Shown: positions 40,683 to 50,793 of the stretch, one piece after another
Layout of the letters: every line of letters starts with the position of its first letter
Position numbering within the stretch: position 1 is the stretch's first letter
Assembly (NCBI GenBank): GCA_963777955.1
Contig: CAVZSQ010000003.1
Coordinates: 184,753 to 248,752, forward strand
Length of the DNA: 64,000 nucleotides
Reading direction: 5' to 3'
Source of the DNA: Calditrichia bacterium
Lineage (GTDB): Bacteria; Calditrichota; Calditrichia; JAJRVZ01
Notes under the pieces: model-generated
Database searches by the model: none
What the model saw: the letters and a program-made list of their open reading frames with translations, nothing else
What the model was told of the DNA's origin: nothing
Program-made: the position numbers and the translations under genes

Positions 40683-43145
40683 TTAACAAAAATGACGGCC
40701 TGTAAACTGGCCGTCATTTTTTTTGCCGACATTATTTTTGTCGGCATTTTCCCAGAATTCCCTGATGACCGGTTCAAAATCATCGGTCAAAACTACATCG
40801 CCGGGCTGGCGGAACCAATAATCCGGCAGCAGCATGCCTGTCTTTTCCTCAGAAAAACGCTCGTCCACCAGTACGATGATCCCTTTATCCTGCTGAGAGC
40901 GGATCAGACGCCCCACGGCCTGGATCACTTTGTTGATGCCGGGGTACAGATAGGCATAATCAAAACCGTCGCCCAGTTTTTGATCGTAATATCCCCGGAT
41001 CAGTTCACGCTCATAGTTTACCCGCGGCAAACCCGGACCAAAAACGATCACCCCGATACACATGTCCCCGCTGAAATCAACCCCCTCCGAAAAAATACCC
41101 CCCATAACCGCCAGCAGCAACTTTGCCGTAGAAGTATCCCGGAGTTGCCGCAGAAATTCGTCGCGTTCGACCAGGTTCATGGTACCCGACTGGATCAGTT
41201 TTTCTGATTTTACTTTGCCCAGAAAAACATTGACGTTGTGCATGAACTCGTAACTGGGCATGAAAGCGATATAATTGCCTTTCCTGATCCCGATAACTTT
41301 TTCGATAATTTCAGCATAGTAAGGATAGGACTGATAACGTTTTTTAAAACGGGTGGATACACCGGGGATGATAATAATCTTCCTGTTCTCCGCCGGGAAA
41401 GGGGAATCCAGGGAAAGTTGAGTAGTACGTTCGGCGGCAAAGCCAAGCACCTCGCGGTAATACGAGAGGGGATCGAGGGTGGCCGACATGGCAATAACGG
41501 TATGGAAACCGTTGATACGTCCGGATAATGGTTCAGCCGGATCACAGCACTGAATTTTCAGAGCACCGCTATCCCCGGCGTCATAAAAAGCAAGCAGAGC
41601 CGGGCTTTCAAGTTTTAAGACCTGGATAAAACGCCGGAATTTGTAATAGAATTGTTCCAAAGGATCTGTACTTAAAACGATTTTTTTGCGCACTTTGTAG
41701 ATCAGATATTTAATAAAATCGGCTTCATATTGGTCATAGAGCCGCTGCCACTGTTTGCGGTCAGGTGTCAATTCAAAATACTGCCTGGCCCCGTGCTCGG
41801 TTTCGCCCTCCTGCTGCAGCCTGTCCAGTAAGACTGCCGTCTCCTTTACAGTGCGCAGTAAAGCGGTATAAACTTTTGTTTTTTTATCTTTCAACAGTTG
41901 CTGCATTATCGTTAAATCCGACCTTTTGAGTTGCGGTGAATAGTAATCCATACCCCGCTGGTACAGATTGTGCGCTTCATCCAGGATCAAAATCCAATGC
42001 GAATAATCCCGGTGCTGAAAAATCCGCCGCAGCAGGGCAGCCGGGTCAAATACATAATTATAATCACCGCTGATGATATCACAGTGAGTGGTCAGATCCA
42101 TCATGACTTCAGCCGGACAGAGCATTTGTTTTTTGGCCTCGTTAAAAATATCATCCGGCCGGATCAGTTTTAATGCCAGTAAAGATCCGATAATCCCTGA
42201 TTCCAGCAGACGGTCCTGATATTGTTTAATCCAGGGACAGAAATCTTCATGACAGAAATAGATCTGGTTGGCGCACATTTTTTCGGTATTGCGTAAAAAA
42301 AGTACCTTTAAATCCAGGGAGCTGCTGCAAACCGGAGCCAGAGTTTCCTGTACCATCTGCTGCTGCGTGGATTTGGCTGTAGCAAAGAATATTCTTTTAT
42401 TTTGCTGAATAGCGAATTGCAGCGCCGGATAAAGAGCAGCAGCGGTTTTACCCGTCCCGGTAGGCGCCGAAACCAGTAAATGATATTTTTGCCGTAAACA
42501 GCCGGCAACAGTTTCCATCATTTGCTGCTGCTGGGGACGGATTTCGGGCAGAGAGAAATCGACGGCGGCTAACTGCCTGATTCTTTTTGCCGTAAACTGG
42601 TCTTCGGCCTGGATTTCATCGATAATTGACTGCAGGCGCCGGAACAGTAAATTTTCGACTGCCAGCGGTGCATAATTGATCCTGATGTGGCGAACTTTGT
42701 TATCGACCAGGTTGATAATGGTCAAATATGGAACAATCTCCCGTCCGGCCTGTTCTTTTTGTAATAAATAACAATAAAACAGCAACTGTTCTGAAAATTC
42801 CGGGAATAGATCGATATTAAATTTTTTAAAGTCAGCGGAAGTGAGGATTACGCTTTTTATCTCTTCAATCTCCAGGCGGGTATCAATTAAAAAGAGGCTG
42901 TCGATTTTACCCGAAATATTGCAACAGTATTCATTATACTCAAAGTTGCCTTTAACCGGGTATTCCTGGTGAAAAAAACCGAATGATTTTTGCTGCTGTT
43001 GCTGTAATTTTATCTGAGCCTGCTTGCCCAGAAGACCCCGCTGCGGCAGGGGAAATGATGACAGCATCGACCTTGATTTTTTGTTCAACTGGACCAGATC
43101 GCGGACAGTCAGCGAGATCGTTTTAGCTTCTATTTTAATGGCCAT
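40683..43145 (-). CDS. DinG/XPD-family (Rad3-like) Fe-S helicase with a ~230 aa N-terminal extension carrying a PD-(D/E)xK-like motif
   Basis: Walker A VSAPTGTGKTAA, DEAH box ILDEAHNL, Cys cluster (MCANQIYFCHEDFCPW...HCDII) and motif VI VIQAVGRLIRS. N-terminal GKIDSLFLIDTRLEIEEIKS resembles the RecB/Cas4 nuclease motifs II-III. The start is placed at the internal MAIKIEAK (43145) because 43146-43262 is AT-rich and promoter-like. Confidence 0.65.
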   Translation of the reverse strand: MAIKIEAKTISLTVRDLVQLNKKSRSMLSSFPLPQRGLLGKQAQIKLQQQQQKSFGFFHQEYPVKGNFEYNEYCCNISGKIDSLFLIDTRLEIEEIKSVILTSADFKKFNIDLFPEFSEQLLFYCYLLQKEQAGREIVPYLTIINLVDNKVRHIRINYAPLAVENLLFRRLQSIIDEIQAEDQFTAKRIRQLAAVDFSLPEIRPQQQQMMETVAGCLRQKYHLLVSAPTGTGKTAAALYPALQFAIQQNKRIFFATAKSTQQQMVQETLAPVCSSSLDLKVLFLRNTEKMCANQIYFCHEDFCPWIKQYQDRLLESGIIGSLLALKLIRPDDIFNEAKKQMLCPAEVMMDLTTHCDIISGDYNYVFDPAALLRRIFQHRDYSHWILILDEAHNLYQRGMDYYSPQLKRSDLTIMQQLLKDKKTKVYTALLRTVKETAVLLDRLQQEGETEHGARQYFELTPDRKQWQRLYDQYEADFIKYLIYKVRKKIVLSTDPLEQFYYKFRRFIQVLKLESPALLAFYDAGDSGALKIQCCDPAEPLSGRINGFHTVIAMSATLDPLSYYREVLGFAAERTTQLSLDSPFPAENRKIIIIPGVSTRFKKRYQSYPYYAEIIEKVIGIRKGNYIAFMPSYEFMHNVNVFLGKVKSEKLIQSGTMNLVERDEFLRQLRDTSTAKLLLAVMGGIFSEGVDFSGDMCIGVIVFGPGLPRVNYERELIRGYYDQKLGDGFDYAYLYPGINKVIQAVGRLIRSQQDKGIIVLVDERFSEEKTGMLLPDYWFRQPGDVVLTDDFEPVIREFWENADKNNVGKKNDGQFTGRHFC
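40690..40747. terminator. Two consecutive hairpins with T-runs (aatgacggcc-tgtaaact-ggccgtcatttttttt; gccgaca-ttattttt-gtcggc) between convergent genes
   Basis: Read directly. The hairpins overlap the last codons of the minus-strand helicase gene. Confidence 0.6.
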
Positions 43146-43336
43146 CAGCAGTCTATTTCTATTATAATCTTGATTTATTAAATTTAAAAAATTCGCTTCA
43201 AAACAAACTGGTATATACGGTTTTTTCATAACGAAAATAGTGGAAAATATGGCTGAATTCAATTTAAAAGCGGTTGAATCTTAGCAGACGGATGACTAAT
43301 TTTATAAGATATTTAAATTTTTAAGGAGCGAATCGT

Positions 43337-44551
43337 ATGAAACATGAGATACTAAGCGAGTTGATTAATAATAATCAATCAAAAATCATTTATATAATTA
43401 TGGATGGCCTGGGTGGTCTGCCCAAACAAAAAGGGGGTAAAACCGAATTAGAAACTGCCAAAACACCGAATCTCGATCACCTGGCCAAAGAAGGATGTAC
43501 TGGTTTACTGGATCCCATCGGTCAGGGTATGACCCCGGGTTCGGGTCCGGCCCATCTGGCCCTGTTTGGTTATGATCCCATTGCCGATAATGTCGGCCGG
43601 GGTATCCTGTCTGCCCTGGGAGTGGATTTCCCGGTTACCGGGCGGGATGTCTGTGCCCGGTTGAATTTTTGTACCATCGATGACAAGGGAAACGTCACCG
43701 ATCGCCGGGCCGGCCGCATCGCCACCGATGTCAACGAAAAATTGTGTAAAAAATTACAGGATTCGATCAAACTATCGGATGGCATCGAATTTTTCCTGCG
43801 CTCTGAAGCGGAACACCGGGCCCTGCTGGTAATCCGCGGCGATGATCTGGGCGGAAAAATAAACGATACCGATACCCAGAAGACCGGTGTACCGTCGCTG
43901 CCGGCCCAGGGCGAAGATCCCGCTTCGCAGAAAACAGCACGGTATGTAAATGAATTTCTGACCAAGGCTAAAGATGTACTGAAAAAAGATAAACCAGCCA
44001 ATTTCCTGCTGGCCCGCGGCTTTGCCAAACATGAGCCATTGCTGACTATGACCGAAAAATACGGTATCCGCTGCGCGGCCATTGCCCAGTATCCCATGTA
44101 CCGCGGCCTGGCCCGTCTGGTGGGTATGGATGTGCTGCCGAAACCGGAATCATATCCGGCCATGTATGAACAACTGAAAGAAAATTATAATAAATATGAT
44201 TTCTTTTTTATTCATTTTAAAAAAACCGACAGTTATGGTGAAGACGGTAACTTTGATGCCAAGGTTCACGTAATCGAAGAAGTCGATGCCTGGATCAAGG
44301 GATTAGATGCTTTAAAACCTGAGGTGGTACTGGTAACCGGTGATCATTCAACACCTGCAGTATTAAAAGCCCACAGCTGGCATCCCGTACCGGCGCTGTT
44401 GCATTGTGGCAATGGTCTGGGACGGCTGGATAACACGCATAAATTTGGCGAAACCGAATGCTCCCGTGGTGCCCTGGGCAGGATGCCCATGCGCAATATT
44501 ATTCTGGAAGCATTAGCTTCGGCCGGACGTATATTAAAATTCGGAGCATAG
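43337..44551 (+). CDS. apgM: Cofactor-independent phosphoglycerate mutase, archaeal type (ApgM)
   Basis: IIYIIMDGLGGLP...TPNLDHLAKEGCTGLLDP...GSGPAHLALFGYDP matches the ApgM/alkaline-phosphatase superfamily. Confidence 0.75.
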   Translation: MKHEILSELINNNQSKIIYIIMDGLGGLPKQKGGKTELETAKTPNLDHLAKEGCTGLLDPIGQGMTPGSGPAHLALFGYDPIADNVGRGILSALGVDFPVTGRDVCARLNFCTIDDKGNVTDRRAGRIATDVNEKLCKKLQDSIKLSDGIEFFLRSEAEHRALLVIRGDDLGGKINDTDTQKTGVPSLPAQGEDPASQKTARYVNEFLTKAKDVLKKDKPANFLLARGFAKHEPLLTMTEKYGIRCAAIAQYPMYRGLARLVGMDVLPKPESYPAMYEQLKENYNKYDFFFIHFKKTDSYGEDGNFDAKVHVIEEVDAWIKGLDALKPEVVLVTGDHSTPAVLKAHSWHPVPALLHCGNGLGRLDNTHKFGETECSRGALGRMPMRNIILEALASAGRILKFGA

Positions 44552-44627
44552 TTTAACCGGAAATAACGACACCAGCTCATCATCATAATAAATCGCTGGT
44601 ACGATTTTTTAGATAAGGAAAAAGAGG

Positions 44628-46901
44628 ATGGCAATGAAAAAGATTATTATGGATTATGACCGCCGGCAAAGTAAAAGGAATGAAACTTTACTGGCTAGCG
44701 CAAGATATCTGGGAACAAAAATTGAATCACAGGTACTCCCATTCCAGATTGACCTTGAGAATACACAGTCCCTTTCCGACCAGCAGGTGACAGGTTTACA
44801 AGCCCTGGAAATTTCTGCCGCCCGTACGGCTATCGAAACACTGGCCTCTCTGGCTGAAATAAATGAACTGGATCATCTGGGCGGCGGACTGGATCTGATT
44901 CCGGCCCTGACCATGACCATGGCCCTGGCAAATTTCAAGGAGGTCGAATACACTATAGAAAATGCCCACAGCAGTGTCGGTCATTATTCTGTCCTGGCTG
45001 CTTATGGTTATCTGGACAAAAAGCGGGTGATCACAAAATTCCGCCGCAGTCTCGATATCGCCGGTCATGTGGCCTGGCTGCCCGGTGGAACACAGGCCAA
45101 TGGCGGACGGTTGGGAATTATGGTTCCGGTGGCGGTCGGACAGGTATTGGGAAAAAAGGCAGTTTATGGATCAAAGTCCTGGATGCTGGTACACTGCGGT
45201 GATGCCGGCTGGATTTCCGGACAGGCTTTAAATGGCTTTAATGCTGCCGATCTGCACAAAGCGCCGATTACCTTTATCATGCACCGCAACGGGGTGCAAC
45301 TCTCCGGTTCCTGCAAGCAGATCATGGCCAAAGATCCCAGGCCGGTAATTTCCTCGCTGGGTATTCAAATCCTGGAGATACCCACCTTGCTTGATGCTGC
45401 CGGGCTTTATCAGGCTTACCGGGAAGCGTATCAATTAAACCGGCAGGGCAAGGCTGTAATGATTTTCCCGACCGGATTTTATTCAAGCGGAAATCAGAAA
45501 ATCGATCTGCAGCAGTTCGGCGAGAGATATGGTGTTTTAAAAGAAACGGAAGGGTTTGCCCGGAAGCAAGGGGTCATGATGTCGACTCCCATCTGGATTC
45601 CCGGTTCACTGATGAGTTACCGGGATGTGGATCCGATGCTGGAGTGCCTGTTCCTGGTCAACGATCTGCCGGGCGGTAAGGGGCACCATGACGGGCATAT
45701 GAAGGGACGTAAACTCGACGAAGTGCTGGCCAATCCGATGCTGCAGTATAGCGCGGATCAGCGGAATTTTCTGGATACTATAGCCAAACTACCTAAGAGA
45801 AAAGTTACAACCGAAGCCCGGCCCAGACCTGGCTCAGCGAACCTGGTTTTAGCCGATGATATTCTGGCAAAAATTAAATTAGCCGGTGCCGGTGAAAAAG
45901 TGAGTCCGCGGGTCGGCGCCGAAAGCGCTTACGTCGCGGTTGCCCAGTCTTACCCGGATAATTTTTTTGTAGTGGGCTGTGATCTGGATACTTCGACCCG
46001 GCTGGAAAAAGCCCGCAAGCTTTTAAAAGCTGATCATCAGTTTGAGATGAGTATTGAGGAGCAGGCTTCGGCTTTGATGGCCAACGGTCTGGCTATCAGC
46101 ACCCGCCAGAAGCAGTTGAATGTCTTTTCAACATTTGCAGCCTTTTTTGAAGGAATCGCCCGGGAAGGTTTTGAATTGTGGCGGTACCAGCGCAACCTGA
46201 ACGGTATCAATGAGGGGCTTAATGTAACCATGCATCTTTCGCATGTGGGGGCCTGTACCGGCCGGGATCATTTTTCCGGGTGGAGTCTGGATTGGATCAA
46301 TCTGGCTATCGGTTATCTGCCATATCTGCACCGCTTTTATGCACCTGCTGATGCCCGTTCGGCTTTTATAGCGGTCAAAGATCTGGCGGCGCATTACGGC
46401 GGGCATATTATCGGTATTCCCCGGGATAATCTGCCGGTACTGGCCAGGCAGGATGGCCGGGGGGCGTTGTGGGAAGCATCATCACCCTGGGAACCGGTCA
46501 CGCAGTACCGCAAATATCCCCAGGCCCGGCGGGCTATTCTGGTGATGGGTGCCCCGGCATTTCTGGCCGGACAGGCTGCGGACGAATTGTCGCAACGAAA
46601 GATTTATGCTGATGTGTATGTGGTCAATGGCTTGCCTGTCCCTGAGACGGTTCTGAATAAGATCTTTAAAAATCATCCCAGGGGACTGGTGACAGTTGAG
46701 GACGGAATTATCGGTAACCCGCAGACCGGCCGGCGCGGCTTTGCCGGGTATCTCAGTGCTGCGGCGTATGCTACCCGCATACCACTAAAACATATCGGTA
46801 TCACCGATCCGCGTATTGCACCATCCGATGGTCTGGACGAAGTGTGGGAGCATTTTGGAATAACGGCCAAAGCGATTGGTCAGGCGGTGAAGGATCTTTA
46901 A
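44628..46901 (+). CDS. Transketolase-family thiamine-diphosphate enzyme (757 aa, ~110 aa N-terminal extension)
   Basis: TPP motif GDAGWISGQALNGFNAA...MHRNG (GDG-x26-N type). The transketolase-like N-domain VGHYSVLAAYGYL resembles GHAAPALYAVLAEKGY. Confidence 0.5.
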   Translation: MAMKKIIMDYDRRQSKRNETLLASARYLGTKIESQVLPFQIDLENTQSLSDQQVTGLQALEISAARTAIETLASLAEINELDHLGGGLDLIPALTMTMALANFKEVEYTIENAHSSVGHYSVLAAYGYLDKKRVITKFRRSLDIAGHVAWLPGGTQANGGRLGIMVPVAVGQVLGKKAVYGSKSWMLVHCGDAGWISGQALNGFNAADLHKAPITFIMHRNGVQLSGSCKQIMAKDPRPVISSLGIQILEIPTLLDAAGLYQAYREAYQLNRQGKAVMIFPTGFYSSGNQKIDLQQFGERYGVLKETEGFARKQGVMMSTPIWIPGSLMSYRDVDPMLECLFLVNDLPGGKGHHDGHMKGRKLDEVLANPMLQYSADQRNFLDTIAKLPKRKVTTEARPRPGSANLVLADDILAKIKLAGAGEKVSPRVGAESAYVAVAQSYPDNFFVVGCDLDTSTRLEKARKLLKADHQFEMSIEEQASALMANGLAISTRQKQLNVFSTFAAFFEGIAREGFELWRYQRNLNGINEGLNVTMHLSHVGACTGRDHFSGWSLDWINLAIGYLPYLHRFYAPADARSAFIAVKDLAAHYGGHIIGIPRDNLPVLARQDGRGALWEASSPWEPVTQYRKYPQARRAILVMGAPAFLAGQAADELSQRKIYADVYVVNGLPVPETVLNKIFKNHPRGLVTVEDGIIGNPQTGRRGFAGYLSAAAYATRIPLKHIGITDPRIAPSDGLDEVWEHFGITAKAIGQAVKDL

Positions 46902-47205
46902 AAATTATTGACCGCAGACGTTCCGCGCAGATTAAGGATATTCTTAAATTAATTTTTGCGCACTTTGCGCATCCCTTTGCGCTCTCTGCGGTTAAAAAAG
47001 CAAACCGCAAAGGACGCCAGGGTAAACGCAAAGGTCGCCAAGAAAAATCAAAAAAATAATATCTGCATCTTTCAGCGCCGAAGGTCTGCGGTCAACTCGA
47101 TTAATTCTTATTTCTCAAAAATATTTCACAAAATAATTAACTCCTGCCTTTTTTCTGTCGATTACGAATAATATAAAGCTTCGGGGATGCACCAAAAGAC
47201 GTATT

Positions 47206-48543
47206 ATGATCACTAAAGTTGGTTTGGCAGTTAAAAGTATTAATGTTTTCCAGCAATTATCGCAGGAAGAGACCCTGCAGATGCAGATCCTTACCCATGA
47301 GGATATGGGTCAGCTGGGTTCCGGTGATGTTGCGTTGGATATTATCGTCTGGCAACCGGAATTTTCACGCGGTGAATTCCCGGTCGGCATGCAAAATTAT
47401 TTGCACAAAAACCAGGATACCGTTCTGATTGTTTACAATACCGACAAGATTAAATACCAGTTGCCCAAGTTTCTACAAAACGGAATGGTCACCGTGGTTA
47501 ATTCGGTGCTGACCAAATATGCCCTGAAGCAGTTGCTGAACAAGGCCGTGGAAACCCGGCATACGCGTTTGATCAATGAAGTCGATAAACCTGCTGTTAA
47601 TCCCGATGACGATCTGCGCGTGTTCGGCACCAGCAGCGACGTCAAGCAAATCAATGAATTCATCAATCTGATCGCCAAATCGGCCAATACTCATTGCCTG
47701 ATCCAGGGAGAAACCGGAACCGAGAAGACAGAAGTGGCCCGCCTGATCCATAAAAAAAGTACCAATGCCGGATTCCCCATTCAGGTTATCAACTGTGCCA
47801 ATGGCACCGGTGAAGAGATGCTGGTGAAATTATTCGGGATGGAGCGTGATGTACGGGATGGCAACCGGACCCACCCGGGTATTCTGGAAGTTTTCGACGA
47901 GGGAACCGTTGTCCTGGAAAATATTGAATTAATTGACAGTGAAGTACAAAGCAGGCTGGAAACATACATTGAAACACACTCCTTCCGGCGGGTCGGTTCA
48001 GAACAGGATATGACGACCAGAACCCGGATTATCGCCACCACGGCTTTTGACCTGGAACGGTTCGTTACGGATGAAAAATTTTCCAAGGATCTTTATTTCC
48101 GCTTCAAAGCTTTTGAACTGACCATTCCCGCGTTACGTAAAAGAAAAAACGATATTATCCCGCTGGCCAAAAGTTTTATCGCCTATTTTAATGATAAATT
48201 CGGTCATCATGTAAAGGGTATTAATCCCGAGATAGAACAAAAATTGCAGAATTATGACTGGCCGGGGAATTATTATGAATTACGGTTATTGATCGAGCAT
48301 GCAGTTCTGTTGACCCGGAAGGGTGAAATCACTTTTGCCGCGTTTCCCGATGAATCAACGTTTAAAAAGGAAACGATCAATGAGGTCAATATCCTGGGGA
48401 ATTGTTCTTTGCGGGAAATGGAACGTTTGCACATCTCCAAGGTACTGTTGCGCACCAAGGGCAATAAATCGAAAGCCGCAGAAATGCTGGAGATCTCCCG
48501 AACCACCCTGCGCGAAAAAATGCGCTCGTACGATCTGCAGTAA
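47206..48543 (+). CDS. Sigma54-activator-like (bEBP) transcriptional regulator with degenerate Walker A/B, no GAFTGA motif, and a C-terminal Fis-type HTH
   Basis: QGETGTEKTEVARLIH versus canonical GESGTGKE; EGTVVLENIELID versus GGTLFLDEIGEL; the region after KLFGMERDVRDGNRTHPG lacks GAFTGA; the HTH is KSKAAEMLEISRTTLREKM. Confidence 0.6.
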   Translation: MITKVGLAVKSINVFQQLSQEETLQMQILTHEDMGQLGSGDVALDIIVWQPEFSRGEFPVGMQNYLHKNQDTVLIVYNTDKIKYQLPKFLQNGMVTVVNSVLTKYALKQLLNKAVETRHTRLINEVDKPAVNPDDDLRVFGTSSDVKQINEFINLIAKSANTHCLIQGETGTEKTEVARLIHKKSTNAGFPIQVINCANGTGEEMLVKLFGMERDVRDGNRTHPGILEVFDEGTVVLENIELIDSEVQSRLETYIETHSFRRVGSEQDMTTRTRIIATTAFDLERFVTDEKFSKDLYFRFKAFELTIPALRKRKNDIIPLAKSFIAYFNDKFGHHVKGINPEIEQKLQNYDWPGNYYELRLLIEHAVLLTRKGEITFAAFPDESTFKKETINEVNILGNCSLREMERLHISKVLLRTKGNKSKAAEMLEISRTTLREKMRSYDLQ

Positions 48544-48580
48544 TTGTAATCCAGCCTATTATAATATATTTCCCTGTTGA

Positions 48581-48665
48581 TCAGAATTGTCATTTCGAGA
48601 CCGCTTTTGCGGGCGAGAAATCTAAGATTCCTCGCCTCGACCGATCGGGACTCGGAATGACAGAT
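48581..48665. repeat. Palindromic TGTCATTTCGAG...CTCGGAATGACA MITE/REP-like element, same family as 15577-15725, between convergent genes
   Basis: attgtcatttcgagaccgcttttgcgggcgagaaatctaagattcctcgcctcgaccgatcgggactcggaatgacagatt; the termini are 13-bp inverted repeats. Confidence 0.6.
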
Positions 48666-48668
48666 TCA

Positions 48669-50762
48669 TTATCCATTCTCACCACATGAACGCGCCATCT
48701 GCAGTAAATAGAAACGCAATTGATTCTGTTGCTTCTCCGATAAAATATGTTCCTCGATACGCGCAATCCTTTCCACATCCTGCAGGGCGCGAATGATATC
48801 CAGCGGCAACTCGGTCATGGCTGTGGGCATCTGGGTTACATACTGTACTACGGAAATCAGGAACTGGCGCAAGCCATCATCCTTAACTCCGCGCAAAGAC
48901 TGTGACACCTGCGAACTCAAGCGCATGATTTTACCCGGTTCCACCGACAACGATGATTTATTCCAGCCCTGACCGGTTATTAAAGAATGAACAGCCAGCG
49001 CCAGTTGCACAAAACTCTCCACCTGCTGCTGGATCGGATCGGTCAGCAGCGTCCAGATATGCGTGCGCAGTTGTTTGACCTTCTCGGGTAAAATTAAAAC
49101 AGGTTCGATATTATCAGACCACGAAGCATCAATCCGGCCATGAATGTTTTGCAGCAGTTGATCCAGGCGGGTGTTAAAAATATCAGCCTGCAGCAGTACC
49201 GCGTACTGCGGATGAATGGCCGGCAGCAGATCAGGTTTGAACTGGTCATTTTCAAAGAAATCAGAGATATCGAGTCCCTGCCGTTTCAGCAATTCTTTCT
49301 GGAAGAAGGGGATGAACCGGTCCATGGCATCCAGGTCTTCGCGCATGGCCAGGAAGGAAGAATTGCCCGGCGGAAAACATTTTTCAATCCGCTTGGCATA
49401 GATCATCTCCCGATCCTGGTACATCCGCATGGTTTGCAGAATTTCATATACCGGTAACCGGGGTAAAATGCGATCGCTGATCAGGGTAATGGCTTCGCTG
49501 TAACTGGTCTGGGTGTTCAGAAATTCAGTCAGCGCCCGGAAAATACCGGTGGTAAGTTGATTCAGACCCAGTATCATGGTCTGGGCTTTGTAATGCCCGA
49601 TGGCCCTTAATAAACTGCCGTGCCTGGATAGCGGTAAGATCTGGGCAAAGCGGTCGATAAGTTTTTCGCTGCGCGTCCCCCCTTTAGCCGGATCGGGCCG
49701 GACGGTCGGGCGGTCGCGCAGCGGCGGAATGGCCCGCGATACGAAATAGGAGATGACATGAATTCCCACCACATCCTCATCGCGTCCGTAAATGATTTGC
49801 CGGAAATTCTGGGTCAGCAATTTCAGAAAATCGGTATAGATATTATCGACAGGTCCGCAGGTGATTCTTTCCAGTTCCTGTAAACCACGGGAGCGGAATT
49901 GCAAACGGGTAGCCTGTAAAGGTTCGCTGATTTGCTGCAACTGCCGCCGGTGGAAAGTCTGGGCCTGTTGCAGGTGATATAGAATCTGGGCCAGTTCGGC
50001 AGCCGGTATGAATTTCAATTGCTCAGCCAGGTTGCTCTGCACGGTCAGCAGATCCCGGTGCGCCATGATCCCGGTTAAAGGACTGCGGGCATACTGGGTA
50101 CTGTGCCGGGTGGAGGATTGTAGATTTTCCAGTAATCTTTTTTTGGCATATTTTTCCATCAGGAAAGTCGAATCCTGCTGCAAGGCGGAATAATACCCTC
50201 CCTGCCGCTGCATCGGTTCCCCGCACCCCAGTTTGATCCGGATAGAATCCACCAGACCATGCTCGGCACACCAACGGACCGCCTGATGTTTGGCCCGGCG
50301 GTAAGCATCAGCTCCGGCCGGTTGACTGATTTGCTGGCTAAGATCCGAACCGGCAATAAACAATTCACAGATCATCTCGGAAAAACGATCAGCCACCTGT
50401 TGATCCAGCCGGCGGCTTTTAATGGAATAATCCCATAATTTATCGAGATAGTTATCCAGGTGATTGACCGTATCCAGTTCTTCAAACAAGGGGATCAACC
50501 AGAGTGACGGAGTGTCCAGATCCGGATTGTTGCGCAGGGAATATTCACGTTTGGCCCGCATCTTGCGGTCCAGGGCAATCAGGGCATCCGGATCACTGGA
50601 CATACTGACCTGCATGGCCAGGACCAGAGCCGGATTACCGTATTTACCCGAAATTTCATTTATTTCAATCATATTGTGAACGGTGGTATCGATGGCGAAT
50701 TGATCACTGGAGGTGATCATATTCTGATGAATACGCGGAGTGAGTACAAATCGTCGCAGCAA
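48669..50762 (-). CDS. Large hypothetical protein (697 aa); last gene of the flotillin-led operon
   Basis: Long ORF with no recognisable catalytic motif. It follows the 814-aa gene with a ~30-nt gap. Confidence 0.5.
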   Translation of the reverse strand: MLRRFVLTPRIHQNMITSSDQFAIDTTVHNMIEINEISGKYGNPALVLAMQVSMSSDPDALIALDRKMRAKREYSLRNNPDLDTPSLWLIPLFEELDTVNHLDNYLDKLWDYSIKSRRLDQQVADRFSEMICELFIAGSDLSQQISQPAGADAYRRAKHQAVRWCAEHGLVDSIRIKLGCGEPMQRQGGYYSALQQDSTFLMEKYAKKRLLENLQSSTRHSTQYARSPLTGIMAHRDLLTVQSNLAEQLKFIPAAELAQILYHLQQAQTFHRRQLQQISEPLQATRLQFRSRGLQELERITCGPVDNIYTDFLKLLTQNFRQIIYGRDEDVVGIHVISYFVSRAIPPLRDRPTVRPDPAKGGTRSEKLIDRFAQILPLSRHGSLLRAIGHYKAQTMILGLNQLTTGIFRALTEFLNTQTSYSEAITLISDRILPRLPVYEILQTMRMYQDREMIYAKRIEKCFPPGNSSFLAMREDLDAMDRFIPFFQKELLKRQGLDISDFFENDQFKPDLLPAIHPQYAVLLQADIFNTRLDQLLQNIHGRIDASWSDNIEPVLILPEKVKQLRTHIWTLLTDPIQQQVESFVQLALAVHSLITGQGWNKSSLSVEPGKIMRLSSQVSQSLRGVKDDGLRQFLISVVQYVTQMPTAMTELPLDIIRALQDVERIARIEEHILSEKQQNQLRFYLLQMARSCGENG

Positions 50763-50793
50763 ACTGCGAAAAGAACCGGCCGCTACAGCCAGT

